From: an uncultured Muribaculaceae bacterium | Lineage (GTDB): Bacteria > Bacillota_I > Bacilli_A > RF39 > UBA660 | Direction of reading: 5' to 3' | Assembly (NCBI GenBank): GCA_964369625.1 | Contig: CAYJFC010000001.1 | Coordinates: 1 to 58,557, forward strand | Length of the DNA stretch: 58,557 nucleotides | Shown: in pieces, positions 17,723 to 27,577 of the stretch | How the letters are laid out: every line of letters begins with the position of its first letter | Position numbering within the stretch: the stretch's first letter is position 1 | Program-made: the position numbers and the translations under genes | The notes under the pieces: generated by a model | The model's input: the letters and a program-made list of their open reading frames with translations, nothing else | What the model was told of the DNA's origin: nothing | Database searches by the model: none

Positions 17723-18506
17723 GATATATGGTATATGTTTTAATAAAAGTGGAAAAATATATTATTTTTCATCTGATAAGAAATATGATTGTGATCAAGC
17801 AGTTATTGTTGAAACTGAAAAAGGTGAACAATATGGGAAAATTGTAAATGAATTAAATGATAAAATCAAAATTAGCAAGTTAAAAGAATTAAAAAAAATA
17901 ATAAGAAAAGCTACAAAAGAAGATGATAAAAATTATTTGAAAAATCTTAAAGACGCTGATTTGGCTTTAAAAAAATGTAAAGAAATAGTATCAGAATTAA
18001 ATTTAAATATGAACTTTGTAAATGCTAGCTACACTTTTAATAGAAAACAATTAATCTTTAATTTTTATGCAGATGAAAGAATAGATTTTAGAGAACTTGT
18101 AAAAAAATTATCTTATGTATATAAAACTCGTATTGAATTAAGGCAAATAGGAGCTAGAGATAAAGCAAAGGAAGTGTGTGGCATAGGAGTTTGTGGTCAA
18201 AAATTATGCTGTTCAAGATTTTTAAATCAAATAGAAACTGTAACTATTAATATGGCTAAAAATCAAAATTTAGCACTTAATCCATCGAAAATAAACGGAG
18301 CTTGTAATAGATTATTATGTTGTTTATCATATGAAGATGATGTGTATTCCGAATATAGAAAAAAAATGCCTAACATAGGTCAAAAAATAGATTATAATGG
18401 AGAAAAAGCAGTAGTAAAATCAATAGATGTATTGAATAGCAAATATACTATTCAAATAAATAATGAGAGAATAGAAGTAAGTATAAATGAAGATAATAAA
18501 AAATGA
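17715..18506 (+). CDS. ricT: PSP1-domain protein RicT/YaaT
   Basis: The N-terminus MDKIYGICFNKSGKIYYF aligns with YaaT, and the Cys clusters (VCGQKLCCSRFL, NRLLCCLSYE) are present. I prefer the ATG at 17715. Confidence 0.85.
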   Translation: MDKIYGICFNKSGKIYYFSSDKKYDCDQAVIVETEKGEQYGKIVNELNDKIKISKLKELKKIIRKATKEDDKNYLKNLKDADLALKKCKEIVSELNLNMNFVNASYTFNRKQLIFNFYADERIDFRELVKKLSYVYKTRIELRQIGARDKAKEVCGIGVCGQKLCCSRFLNQIETVTINMAKNQNLALNPSKINGACNRLLCCLSYEDDVYSEYRKKMPNIGQKIDYNGEKAVVKSIDVLNSKYTIQINNERIEVSINEDNKK

Positions 18507-19197
18507 TTTGTTTGACTATGAAAATAGGTATATTTACCAATCTGAAAGTGCTTTTAAATTTTCTCTAGATTCATTATTATTAGCAGAATATACCAAAGTA
18601 AATGTAAATAATAAGTCTCTTTTAATAGATTTTTGTACTGGTAATTGTCCTTTACCACTTATAATATCTAAATATTTTAATTTGAAGATAAAAGCATTTG
18701 AAATACAACCAGAAATAGCAAAAATAGCACGTATGTCCATAGGATTAAATGATTTATCAAATAATATAGAAATAATTCAAGATACTATTAATAATGCTGT
18801 TAATTATGTGAAATTGCAAAGTGCAGATGTAGTAACTTGTAATCCTCCATATTTTAAAGATGAAAATATGATTAATAATAATAGTTTGTTATCAATAGCA
18901 AGACATGAAATAAAGTTGAAATTGGAAGATATATTCGTTAATAGTTATAAAATTTTAAAAGAAAATGGTAAGCTATTGTTAGTACACAGAGCAAATAGAT
19001 TAGATGAAATAATAATCTCTGCTGCAAAACATAAAATGAAAGTTAAAGAAATAATATTGATTAGTACTAATGAAGATAATAAACCATCTATGGCACTAAT
19101 TAAATGTGTTAAAAATTCTAATTATGGTCTTAAAATTTATAATATAAATATTAAAGGATGCAAGACATATAAAGATATTTTTAAGGAGGGTATATGA
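18487..19197 (+). CDS. SAM-dependent N6-adenine methyltransferase, YabB/TrmN6-like
   Basis: It has the CNPPYF motif and a SAM-binding fold pattern. It occupies the position equivalent to B. subtilis yabB. Confidence 0.7.
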   Translation: MKIIKNDLFDYENRYIYQSESAFKFSLDSLLLAEYTKVNVNNKSLLIDFCTGNCPLPLIISKYFNLKIKAFEIQPEIAKIARMSIGLNDLSNNIEIIQDTINNAVNYVKLQSADVVTCNPPYFKDENMINNNSLLSIARHEIKLKLEDIFVNSYKILKENGKLLLVHRANRLDEIIISAAKHKMKVKEIILISTNEDNKPSMALIKCVKNSNYGLKIYNINIKGCKTYKDIFKEGI

Positions 19198-19736
19198 AAT
19201 TAATTGTTGGACTAGGAAATTTAGGTATGCAATATGATAAAACACGTCATAATATAGGTTTCATGGTTTTAGATAGATATTTAGATGATGTAAACTGGAA
19301 AGAAAAAGATAATGGTCTTTATTATAAAACTAATTTCAAAGGAGAAGATGTTATATTTTTAAAACCCACAACATTTATGAATTTATCTGGAGATTGCATT
19401 ATAAAATATGTAAATTATTTTAAAATAAAAATAGAAGATATATTAGTGATTCATGATGATTTAGATATGTTAGTAGGTAGTTTTAAACTTAAAAAAAACA
19501 CTTCATCAGGAGGACACAATGGAATAAAATCTATTGAAAAAGTACTTCATACACAAGAATTTGCAAGATTAAAAATTGGAATAAATAATGAACATAAAAA
19601 AGAAGTAATAGATTTTGTGCTAGGTAAATTTTCTAAAGAAGATATCAATGAAATTTTCAAAAATGATTATAATAAGGTAATAGAATTATTTATATCTAAG
19701 GGATATAATGAAACTATAAGTAAATATAAGAGTTAA
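19194..19736 (+). CDS. pth: Peptidyl-tRNA hydrolase
   Basis: MKLIVGLGNLG..YDKTRHNIGF and GGHNGIKSI motifs. Confidence 0.92.
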   Translation: MKLIVGLGNLGMQYDKTRHNIGFMVLDRYLDDVNWKEKDNGLYYKTNFKGEDVIFLKPTTFMNLSGDCIIKYVNYFKIKIEDILVIHDDLDMLVGSFKLKKNTSSGGHNGIKSIEKVLHTQEFARLKIGINNEHKKEVIDFVLGKFSKEDINEIFKNDYNKVIELFISKGYNETISKYKS

Positions 19737-19738
19737 AT

Positions 19739-22700
19739 ATGGAAAAACTTAATAGTATATTTAAATATGTAAATCAAAAAGGAGTTAGTGGTTTAACAAG
19801 TGAGTTAAACATTTTTTACATATTAAAATATTTCAAAACTGTAAATGAAGATGTATTAATTGTAACTAGTTCACTATATGAGGCTACAAAATTATATAAT
19901 TTGTTTACTACATATACTAGTAAAGTACTTTTATATCCTATGGACGATTTCTTAACATCTGTAGCAATAGCAGAGTCACCAGATTTAAAGTACACAAGGC
20001 TTGAAACTATTAAAAGCATGACAGGAAATAGTAATATAATAATTACTAATTTGATGGGATATTTAAAATATTTAACAAGTAAAAAAGAAAAGCAAGAGTT
20101 AATATTAAAAAAAAGTATTGAAATTAAAAGAAATAATTTAATAGAAGAATTAGATAAATTTGGATATAATAGAGAATCAATAGTTACTTCTACAGGAGAA
20201 TATGCAATTAGGGGATTAGTAATAGACTTATTTGCTATTCATGAAAATTATCCAATAAGAATAGAATTTGATGGTGATGAAATAGAGTCTATAAAATATT
20301 TTGATGAAACAACACAAATATCAACTAAGGAAATTAGCCAAATAATAATAAATCCTGTAGATGAAATAAAATCTGAATTTAATGAATCTATATTAGATTA
20401 TATGAATAATTCTAATGTATTTTATTATGACTATAGTCAAATAAAAGCATCTTATAAAAAGTTAAAAGAGGATATTTTTAATTATCAAAATAAAGAAGGT
20501 AACATACATAAGGTTATGTTCGAATTAGATGAACTAAAACCTAAATTTTATATGCAAATTAATACAGTAGATTCTTATAATAAAGATATAGTTTATAACT
20601 CTAAGGAAATCAAAAATTATGAAGAAAATTTTGAAAAGTTGATACTAGATTATAAACTATGGTTAAAAAAGGGATTCGAAGTAATATTTTGTTTATCTAC
20701 AGACAAACAAATAGAAAATTTAAAAAGACATTTACCAGATGCCAAAATAGTAAAGAAAACTGTTAATAAAGGATTTATATTAGAAAAATTAGTAGTAATA
20801 AGTGAATATGATATAGAAAATACTCATAGAGCAGTAGAATATCAGTATAAAAGTAATTACAAATTTGGAAAAAAAATCAAAAATTATGATCAGTTAGAAA
20901 TAGGAGATTATGTAGTACATATTTCACACGGAGTTGGTATTTATAATGGTTTAACAAAATTAAAAAAAGGAAATATAGAAAAAGATTTTTTACAAATATT
21001 ATATGCTGGAAAAGACAAAATATATGTTCCAGCATCGAAAATAACCACAATATATAAATATGGGGATAAAGATGGAGCAAAACCAAAAATCAATAAATTA
21101 GGTGGAGATACATGGAAAAAAACAAAAAAATATATTCAGTCTAAAATTAAAGATATATCTTTAGAACTTATGGATTTATACAGAAAAAGGTTAGCAATAA
21201 AAAGTCCTGTATATAAAAGATATGCCGAGGAAAAAATGTTTGATAATTCATTTGATTACAAGTTAACGCCCAATCAAGCAAGTTCTACTGAAGATATTCT
21301 AAAAGATTTAACAAGAGAATATCCAATGGATAGATTATTATGTGGTGATGTAGGATTTGGTAAAACTGAGGTTGCTTTTAGAGGGATATTTAATACAGTA
21401 TTAAATAATTATCAAACTATGTACTTGTGTCCTACTACAATTCTTTCTTATCAGCAGTATAAAGTGGCTAAAGAAAGGTTTAGAGATTGGCCAATTGAAA
21501 TAGAATTTTTAAATAGATTTGTTTCAGCTAAGAAAACTAGTGAAGTAATTAGGCGATTTAATGAAGGAAAAGTTGATATTTTATTTGGAACTCATAGAAT
21601 ACTTTCAGATGATATAAATCCTAGTAAACTAGGTTTGTTAGTAGTCGATGAAGAACAAAGATTTGGGGTAACTCATAAGGAAAAAATAAAAAAATTAAAA
21701 AACGATATTAATGTTTTAACTTTGTCTGCAACGCCAATTCCACGAACTTTAAAAATGGCTTTGTCTGGGATTAGGGATTTATCAGTAATAGATACACCAC
21801 CAGTTAATAGATACCCAATACAAACATATGTAATAAGTGAAGAAGAACTGATTATAAAAGATGCAATATATAAAGAATTATCTAGAAATGGACAAATATT
21901 TATTTTGTACAATAGAGTAGATAATATAGAAACAAAAACAAATTATATTAGAAAAATAATACCTGATGCTAAAGTTAGTTTTGCTCATGGACAAATGAAA
22001 AAAGAAGAACTAGAAGATAGAATGAATGAATTTATTAATCATGAATACGATATTTTAGTATGTACTACAATTATTGAAAGTGGAATAGATATACCAAATG
22101 TTAACACATTGTTAGTATTTGATGCAGATAAATTTGGATTATCCCAGTTATATCAAATTAGAGGCCGCGTAGGCAGAAGTAATAAAATTGGTTATGCTTA
22201 TTTATTATATGATCCTGGAAAAGTATTATCCGAAATAGCAACAAAAAGATTAAAAGCAATAAAAGAATTTACTGAATTAGGTAGCGGATATAAGATAGCA
22301 ATGAGAGATTTAGCTATAAGAGGAGCTGGGGATGTATTTGGATCATCACAAGCAGGGTTTGTTGATTCAGTTGGAATAAGCCTATATTTAAAAATGATAG
22401 ATGACGAACTTAGAAGGCAAAAAGGAGAGTTAGTTGAAGAAGAGGAAGAAGAAAATACAGCATTAATTGATGTTGAAACACATATTTCAGATGAATATAT
22501 AAAAGATGAAGATATTAAAATAGAGATTCATAAATTAATAAATACAGTAAATAGCGAAAATAAATTTGAAGAAGTAAAATCGGAGTTAGAAAATAGATTT
22601 GGGGCTATACCGGAAAATTTAATAATATATATGTATGAAGAATGGTTTGAATCTATAGCAAATGATTTCAAAATCAAACAAATTAGAAAGACAGACAGAA

Positions 22701-22927
22701 ATATAGAGTTAGTATTGCCAAAAGAGATAAGTGCAAATATTTTAGGGGACAAATTGCTAATAAGTGCATTTCAGATAAGTACAAATTTTAATATTAAATA
22801 TCTAAGTTCTCAGATATGGATTAATCTGTTAATCAAAAAGGGAGAAGAACATTTTTTAAAAATATTAATTAAATTACTAATTGAAATTAATAAAAATTGT
22901 CTTAAAGAAAGTGATAAGTTTTTATAA
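19739..22927 (+). CDS. mfd: Transcription-repair coupling factor
   Basis: 1062-aa ORF with a CarD-like region and SF2 helicase motifs (GDVGFGKTEVA, DEEQRFG, LSATPIPRT, QLYQIRGRVGRS). Confidence 0.95.
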   Translation: MEKLNSIFKYVNQKGVSGLTSELNIFYILKYFKTVNEDVLIVTSSLYEATKLYNLFTTYTSKVLLYPMDDFLTSVAIAESPDLKYTRLETIKSMTGNSNIIITNLMGYLKYLTSKKEKQELILKKSIEIKRNNLIEELDKFGYNRESIVTSTGEYAIRGLVIDLFAIHENYPIRIEFDGDEIESIKYFDETTQISTKEISQIIINPVDEIKSEFNESILDYMNNSNVFYYDYSQIKASYKKLKEDIFNYQNKEGNIHKVMFELDELKPKFYMQINTVDSYNKDIVYNSKEIKNYEENFEKLILDYKLWLKKGFEVIFCLSTDKQIENLKRHLPDAKIVKKTVNKGFILEKLVVISEYDIENTHRAVEYQYKSNYKFGKKIKNYDQLEIGDYVVHISHGVGIYNGLTKLKKGNIEKDFLQILYAGKDKIYVPASKITTIYKYGDKDGAKPKINKLGGDTWKKTKKYIQSKIKDISLELMDLYRKRLAIKSPVYKRYAEEKMFDNSFDYKLTPNQASSTEDILKDLTREYPMDRLLCGDVGFGKTEVAFRGIFNTVLNNYQTMYLCPTTILSYQQYKVAKERFRDWPIEIEFLNRFVSAKKTSEVIRRFNEGKVDILFGTHRILSDDINPSKLGLLVVDEEQRFGVTHKEKIKKLKNDINVLTLSATPIPRTLKMALSGIRDLSVIDTPPVNRYPIQTYVISEEELIIKDAIYKELSRNGQIFILYNRVDNIETKTNYIRKIIPDAKVSFAHGQMKKEELEDRMNEFINHEYDILVCTTIIESGIDIPNVNTLLVFDADKFGLSQLYQIRGRVGRSNKIGYAYLLYDPGKVLSEIATKRLKAIKEFTELGSGYKIAMRDLAIRGAGDVFGSSQAGFVDSVGISLYLKMIDDELRRQKGELVEEEEEENTALIDVETHISDEYIKDEDIKIEIHKLINTVNSENKFEEVKSELENRFGAIPENLIIYMYEEWFESIANDFKIKQIRKTDRNIELVLPKEISANILGDKLLISAFQISTNFNIKYLSSQIWINLLIKKGEEHFLKILIKLLIEINKNCLKESDKFL

Positions 22928-22946
22928 AAGAAGGAAGTGCAATATT

Positions 22947-23285
22947 ATGAAACTAAATAATATATTAAAAACAGAATTACAGTTCTTAAGTAAAGAAGAA
23001 TTAAAAATGCTAAAAATTCATAGACACGATATAGAAAATATTTCTAATAATGAAATAATGAAAAAAATAGCTTTTTTACAAGAAGAAATCAATAGAGCGG
23101 ATTTAAATGAAAAAGTATTTAATGAAGAAAAAGGTAGCGGTCTATCTATTGAGCAGTTAAAATTTTTATATAACTATGCTGGAAAATATAAGTTACTAGA
23201 AAAATTAAAACAAAATTGTATAATTAGGGGTATTTTAGAAGAAATAAGGTTATCAGAAAATAATGAACCTAAAGTTAGAAATTAG
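22947..23285 (+). CDS. Hypothetical protein (112 aa)
   Basis: The ATG at 22947 follows an AAGGAAG SD; the track ORF starts at 22881, inside mfd. I recognise no motif. Confidence 0.45.
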   Translation: MKLNNILKTELQFLSKEELKMLKIHRHDIENISNNEIMKKIAFLQEEINRADLNEKVFNEEKGSGLSIEQLKFLYNYAGKYKLLEKLKQNCIIRGILEEIRLSENNEPKVRN

Positions 23286-23313
23286 TATAAAATAAAAAAC
23301 AATTCACACACTA
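23285..23313 (+). promoter_or_regulatory. Candidate forespore (sigma-F/sigma-G type) promoter of spoVT
   Basis: GTATA (23285-23289), a 17-nt spacer, then CACACTA (23307-23313), compared with the consensus GHATR-17/18-CATnnTA. B. subtilis spoVT is sigma-G dependent. Confidence 0.4.
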
Positions 23314-23337
23314 TAAAAGAAGTGGAGTGAATTTTTT

Positions 23338-23865
23338 TTGAAAAGTACTGGAGTTACACGAAGAATAGATGAGCTAGGAAGGGTAGTTATTCCTAAAGAA
23401 TTAAGGAGAATTTTATCAATTAGAGATGGTGAAAACTTAGAAATATATATAGAAGATGACAAGATAATCTTAAAGAAATATTTAATGATGAAATCATTGG
23501 CTGAGTTAAGTGAAAAATTAATAGATATCTTTACTGCTTTTGATGATAGCGATTTAATTATCACAGACAGAGAAAAAATTATATCTAGCAGTTATAATTA
23601 CAAACAAATTATTAACACAAAAATAAATTCAGAGTTAATAAAATATATAGATAATAGAGAATCTGTAAGCAGCGTAGAAAAAAGTAAAATAAATTTAGAA
23701 AATAGCGAAATTATAGGGTATATAAGTATAGTTCCTATAATAAATGATACTGATTGTTTAGGTTTAGTAATATTAATAAAAAAAGATAATACAATTCAAA
23801 GCGAAGATATAAAAATAAATAAAATAATTGCTAAAATTTTATCAGAAAAAATAAATATAAATTAA
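23338..23865 (+). CDS. spoVT: Stage V sporulation protein T (AbrB-type N-domain plus GAF-like C-domain)
   Basis: TTG start. The N-terminus (M)KSTGVTRRIDELGRVVIPKELRR is nearly identical to the SpoVT/AbrB swapped-hairpin domain. At 175 aa and located after mfd, it matches Bacillus. Confidence 0.88.
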   Translation: MKSTGVTRRIDELGRVVIPKELRRILSIRDGENLEIYIEDDKIILKKYLMMKSLAELSEKLIDIFTAFDDSDLIITDREKIISSSYNYKQIINTKINSELIKYIDNRESVSSVEKSKINLENSEIIGYISIVPIINDTDCLGLVILIKKDNTIQSEDIKINKIIAKILSEKININ

Positions 23866-23921
23866 AATATAGACTAATTCTTTTTAATTTGCTATCATAT
23901 AATTAAGAAGGAAGTGAATTT

Positions 23922-24560
23922 ATGTTTTGTGAAGAATGTGGAAGTAAAAATGAAAGTGGAACAAAATTTTGTACAAACTGTGGACATCAAATAACTAACG
24001 CCAATAGCGTAGAAAAAAGCAGTAAACTCGATTTAAAAAAAGTAACTACTATGGTGACAGAAAAAGGTAAAACAGTAATATCTAAGGGAAAAGATTATTA
24101 TTCAAAAAAGCCAAATGTTGTTTATGCATTAATTGCAGGAATAGTTTTAGTAATAATTTTATTCGTAATTTTAGGCGATTCAACAATGAAATGTGAAGCT
24201 GAAAATGGATATACTACTAGTGAAGTTGAAGTAAAATATAGTGGTGATGATATAACTAAAATTATAGATAAAAACATTATAGATTTAGATGATAGTGATT
24301 TTAAAGATTCTATGGAATATCTTGATATGGATATAGATGAATATATTGAAACTATTGAAGAAACAATAGAAGAAGAATTAGATGATGCACCAGATGGATT
24401 TGATGTTGATATTAAAAAAAGCGGAGATGAACTGATTATGAGTGCAACTTATAAAGGTGAGGCTTTAGAAAAATATTTAGATGATAAAGATGTAAATGAC
24501 ATAGATGATTTAGAAGAGTACTTAGAAGAAGATTATACTGATTATAAATGTGAAAAATAA
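23922..24560 (+). CDS. Zinc-ribbon membrane protein with an acidic extracytoplasmic domain
   Basis: An N-terminal CxxC..CxxC ribbon (CEECGS..CTNCGH) is followed by one TM segment (VVYALIAGIVLVIILFVIL) and a D/E-rich C-terminal domain. Confidence 0.6.
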   Translation: MFCEECGSKNESGTKFCTNCGHQITNANSVEKSSKLDLKKVTTMVTEKGKTVISKGKDYYSKKPNVVYALIAGIVLVIILFVILGDSTMKCEAENGYTTSEVEVKYSGDDITKIIDKNIIDLDDSDFKDSMEYLDMDIDEYIETIEETIEEELDDAPDGFDVDIKKSGDELIMSATYKGEALEKYLDDKDVNDIDDLEEYLEEDYTDYKCEK

Positions 24561-24579
24561 CCAATTTGGTTATTTTTTT
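24557..24579 (+). terminator. Rho-independent terminator
   Basis: Stem ataacc/ggttat with loop aattt, followed by a T7 run. Confidence 0.55.
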
Positions 24580-24581
24580 AA

Positions 24582-24609
24582 TAAAAAAATAAGTATTAAA
24601 ATACTTATT
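24582..24609 (-). terminator. Rho-independent terminator of the convergent gene
   Basis: 9-bp stem aataagtat/atacttatt with loop taaa, followed by a T-run on the - strand. Confidence 0.6.
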
Positions 24610-25249
24610 CATAATCATATGTAATCATATAATAATTAATTTCAAAAACAAAATCGTCACTAAAATCATAAATTTCATTAGAATCTTTAGTAACTTCAAC
24701 AGATACAGTTTCTTTTTCTAAATAATCTATATTATCAATATTCTTATCTAGTATATCTAAAATTGAATTATTCCAATTATCATTAATTTGATACAGCTCA
24801 TCTTCTGAAGAATTGTCTATTAAGTGAAGTAGTTCGTCATTCACTAACTTAATTATGTTAAGTGGAGAGATAACAACATCAACATTATATGTATTTGTTT
24901 TAATTTCTTTGGCATCTTCCACTGTAAATTTAGTTTTTTTATAAACTAGTTCAAATAAATCACATAATCTACTATATTGCTCATCAGTTATATCAGTTAA
25001 TTCAAATGCAGTTATAAAAGTTTCTGCTTCATATAAAATGCTATCTTCGTATATTAAATCAGCTTCTGAATCAGTAGACCCAGTAGTTTCAAGATATAAA
25101 TCATTTTTATTGTGATAAGTAGCCTCCATGTAACCAGTTATATATTTAGTAGCAAATTCTTCAGGCGATTCTTGAAATAAAGAATATCCAAAGTAAACTA
25201 AAACAATTAGCAATACTGATCCAATAGATTTTAAAATATTTTTTTTCAT
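24605..25249 (-). CDS. Hypothetical secreted/membrane-anchored protein (214 aa)
   Basis: An N-terminal signal/anchor (ILKSIGSVLLIVLVYFGYSL) is followed by an acidic soluble domain. An extended -10 (TGTGATATAAT on the - strand) lies upstream. Confidence 0.55.
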   Translation of the reverse strand: MKKNILKSIGSVLLIVLVYFGYSLFQESPEEFATKYITGYMEATYHNKNDLYLETTGSTDSEADLIYEDSILYEAETFITAFELTDITDEQYSRLCDLFELVYKKTKFTVEDAKEIKTNTYNVDVVISPLNIIKLVNDELLHLIDNSSEDELYQINDNWNNSILDILDKNIDNIDYLEKETVSVEVTKDSNEIYDFSDDFVFEINYYMITYDYE

Positions 25250-25379
25250 ATATTAATTCCTTTCGGTCATATTATATCACAGATATATGTATTTTTAGAA
25301 TAAATTGTATTTGAATATATTTATAAATTATGTTAATATAGTGTTAATTAGCAGTGAAAAAAATGAGTAATAGTTAATA

Positions 25380-25547
25380 TTTTAAAGAGAGTTAGTAAAT
25401 GGTGTAAGCTAATAAATTAATACTATGAATATGGTTTTTGGAGTTAAATCGTGTAATTACGTTAAAGATATAAGTTGCATGTAGATTCATGAATTAAGGT
25501 GGTACCGCGGGTTTTGCTCGTCCTTGCATTAGTTCGTGAATTTTTTA
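25380..25547 (+). promoter_or_regulatory. T-box riboswitch leader, probable Met (AUG) specifier
   Basis: An AGAGA box is at 25386-25390. The T-box sequence AATTAAGGTGGTACCGCGG is at 25492-25510. The terminator arms are 25485-25497 and 25529-25541, followed by T6. The candidate specifier ATG-A is at 25425-25428, and metG lies downstream. Confidence 0.8.
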
Positions 25548-25560
25548 TTGGAGGTATAAA

Positions 25561-26055
25561 GTGAGAGGTTTTGAAAAAATCAGTTATGAACAATTTAAAA
25601 AAGATATAGCAGAAGATAAATTTGTATATAATAATTATAAATTACCAGTTAGAAAAACTAAAGTTAGTGCTGGATACGATTTTTTTGCTTTAGAAGATTT
25701 TATTTTAAAGCCAGGAGAAATTAAAACAATTCCTACTGGGTATAAAGTTTATATGAATAGTGATGAATTACTATATATATATGTAAGAAGTAGTACAGGA
25801 TTTAAATATAATGTCCGAATGTGTAATCAAGTAGGTGTTATAGACTCAGATTATTACAATAATATCGATAACGAAGGACATATGTTTGTGAAATTAGAAA
25901 ATCATGGAAAAAAAGATTATATTGTAAAAAAAGGTGAAAGTTATGCACAGGGAGTATTTTCAAAATACTTAATAGTAGATAATGAAGATGAAATAACTAC
26001 CGATAGAACAGGTGGAATAGGTAGTACAAATGAAAGGGAAAAAGAAAATGAATAA
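25561..26055 (+). CDS. dut: dUTP diphosphatase (trimeric dUTPase family)
   Basis: GTG start 6 nt after GGAGG. Motifs SAGYDF, GVIDSDYY, EGHMFV, QGVF and a C-terminal RTGGIGST. Confidence 0.8.
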   Translation: MRGFEKISYEQFKKDIAEDKFVYNNYKLPVRKTKVSAGYDFFALEDFILKPGEIKTIPTGYKVYMNSDELLYIYVRSSTGFKYNVRMCNQVGVIDSDYYNNIDNEGHMFVKLENHGKKDYIVKKGESYAQGVFSKYLIVDNEDEITTDRTGGIGSTNEREKENE

Positions 26056-27577
26056 ATATTATATAACAACAGCAATAGCATATACATCAGGAAAGCCACA
26101 CATCGGAAATACTTATGAAATAGTATTAGCAGATGCGTTAGCGCGATTTAAAAGATTAGAAGGTTACAATGTATATTTTCAAACAGGAACAGATGAGCAT
26201 GGTCAAAAGATAGAACTAAAGGCTAATGAAGCAGGTGTGAAGCCACAAGAATTTGTTGATAACATAGCTAGTCAAATAAAAAGTAATTTTGATTTAATGA
26301 ATACTAGTTACGATAAATTTGTGAGAACTACTGATATTAAACATAAAGAAACGGTTTCTAAAATATTTGATAAAATGCTAAGTAAAGGTGATATATATTT
26401 AGGAGAATATTCTGGATTATATTGTACTCCATGTGAATCATTTTGGACAGAATCACAGTTAATAGATGGTAAATGTCCAGATTGTGGAAGAGAAGTTCAA
26501 TATAAAAAAGAAGAAGCTTATTTTTTTAAATTATCTAAATATCAAGAAAAATTGGAAAAATATATTGAAGACAATCCAGAGTTTTTAATGCCTATAGTAA
26601 GAAAAAATGAAATGATGAATAATTTTATTAAACCAGGATTACAAGACCTTTGTGTTTCAAGAACAACATTTAAGTGGGGAGTAAATGTAAAATCTAATGA
26701 TAAACATGTAGTATATGTATGGTTAGATGCACTTACAAATTATATTACTTTTATCGGTTATGACCCAGATAATACTAATGAAAAATTTAATGAATTATGG
26801 CCGGCTGATCTTCATGTTATAGGTAAAGATATATATAGATTTCATTCTATATATTGGCCTTGCTTTTTATGGAGTTTAGATTTGGAAATTCCTAAAAAAA
26901 TATTTGGTCACCCATGGCTTTTAATGGATAATGATAAAATGAGCAAAAGTAAAGGCAATATATTTTATGCTGAGGATTTAGTTGAAAAATTTGGAGTAGA
27001 TGCAATTAGATATTATTTATTACATGAAATACCTTATTCAAGCGATGGAAATATAACTGATGAACTAGTTATAGAAAGATTCAATTCTGATTTAGCTAAT
27101 ATTTTAGGGAATTTAGTAAATAGAACTATTTCAATGAGTAAAAAATATTTCGATAAAAAAGTAGAAAATATGAAAATATCTGAAGAAATTGACAGCGAAT
27201 TTATTAATCAAAGTATAAATTTATTACCAAGAGTTACTGAAAAAATGAACGAAATAAAAATAGGTGAAGCTCTTGAATTAATTATTGATTATTATAGATC
27301 ATGTAATAAGTATATAGATGATACATTACCTTGGGTATTAGCTAAAGATGAAGAAAAGCAAGACAGATTAAAGACAGTTATTTATAATTTGATTGAAGGT
27401 ATAAGAATTGGAACAACGATATTACAAGCTTTCTTACCAGATGTTAGTGAGAAAATTTTCTCTCAATTAAATACAAATATTAATGATTTTAACAGCATTA
27501 AAGAATTTGGATTATATCCTTCTGGAAATATGTTAAATGAACCATCTATACTATTTGCTAGGATAGAAAATGAATAA
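26048..27577 (+). CDS. metG: Methionine--tRNA ligase (short form without C-terminal tRNA-binding domain)
   Basis: HIGN (class I HIGH), KMSKS, and a CPxC..CPDC knuckle. I prefer the ATG at 26048, which overlaps the dut stop. Confidence 0.93.
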   Translation: MNKYYITTAIAYTSGKPHIGNTYEIVLADALARFKRLEGYNVYFQTGTDEHGQKIELKANEAGVKPQEFVDNIASQIKSNFDLMNTSYDKFVRTTDIKHKETVSKIFDKMLSKGDIYLGEYSGLYCTPCESFWTESQLIDGKCPDCGREVQYKKEEAYFFKLSKYQEKLEKYIEDNPEFLMPIVRKNEMMNNFIKPGLQDLCVSRTTFKWGVNVKSNDKHVVYVWLDALTNYITFIGYDPDNTNEKFNELWPADLHVIGKDIYRFHSIYWPCFLWSLDLEIPKKIFGHPWLLMDNDKMSKSKGNIFYAEDLVEKFGVDAIRYYLLHEIPYSSDGNITDELVIERFNSDLANILGNLVNRTISMSKKYFDKKVENMKISEEIDSEFINQSINLLPRVTEKMNEIKIGEALELIIDYYRSCNKYIDDTLPWVLAKDEEKQDRLKTVIYNLIEGIRIGTTILQAFLPDVSEKIFSQLNTNINDFNSIKEFGLYPSGNMLNEPSILFARIENE

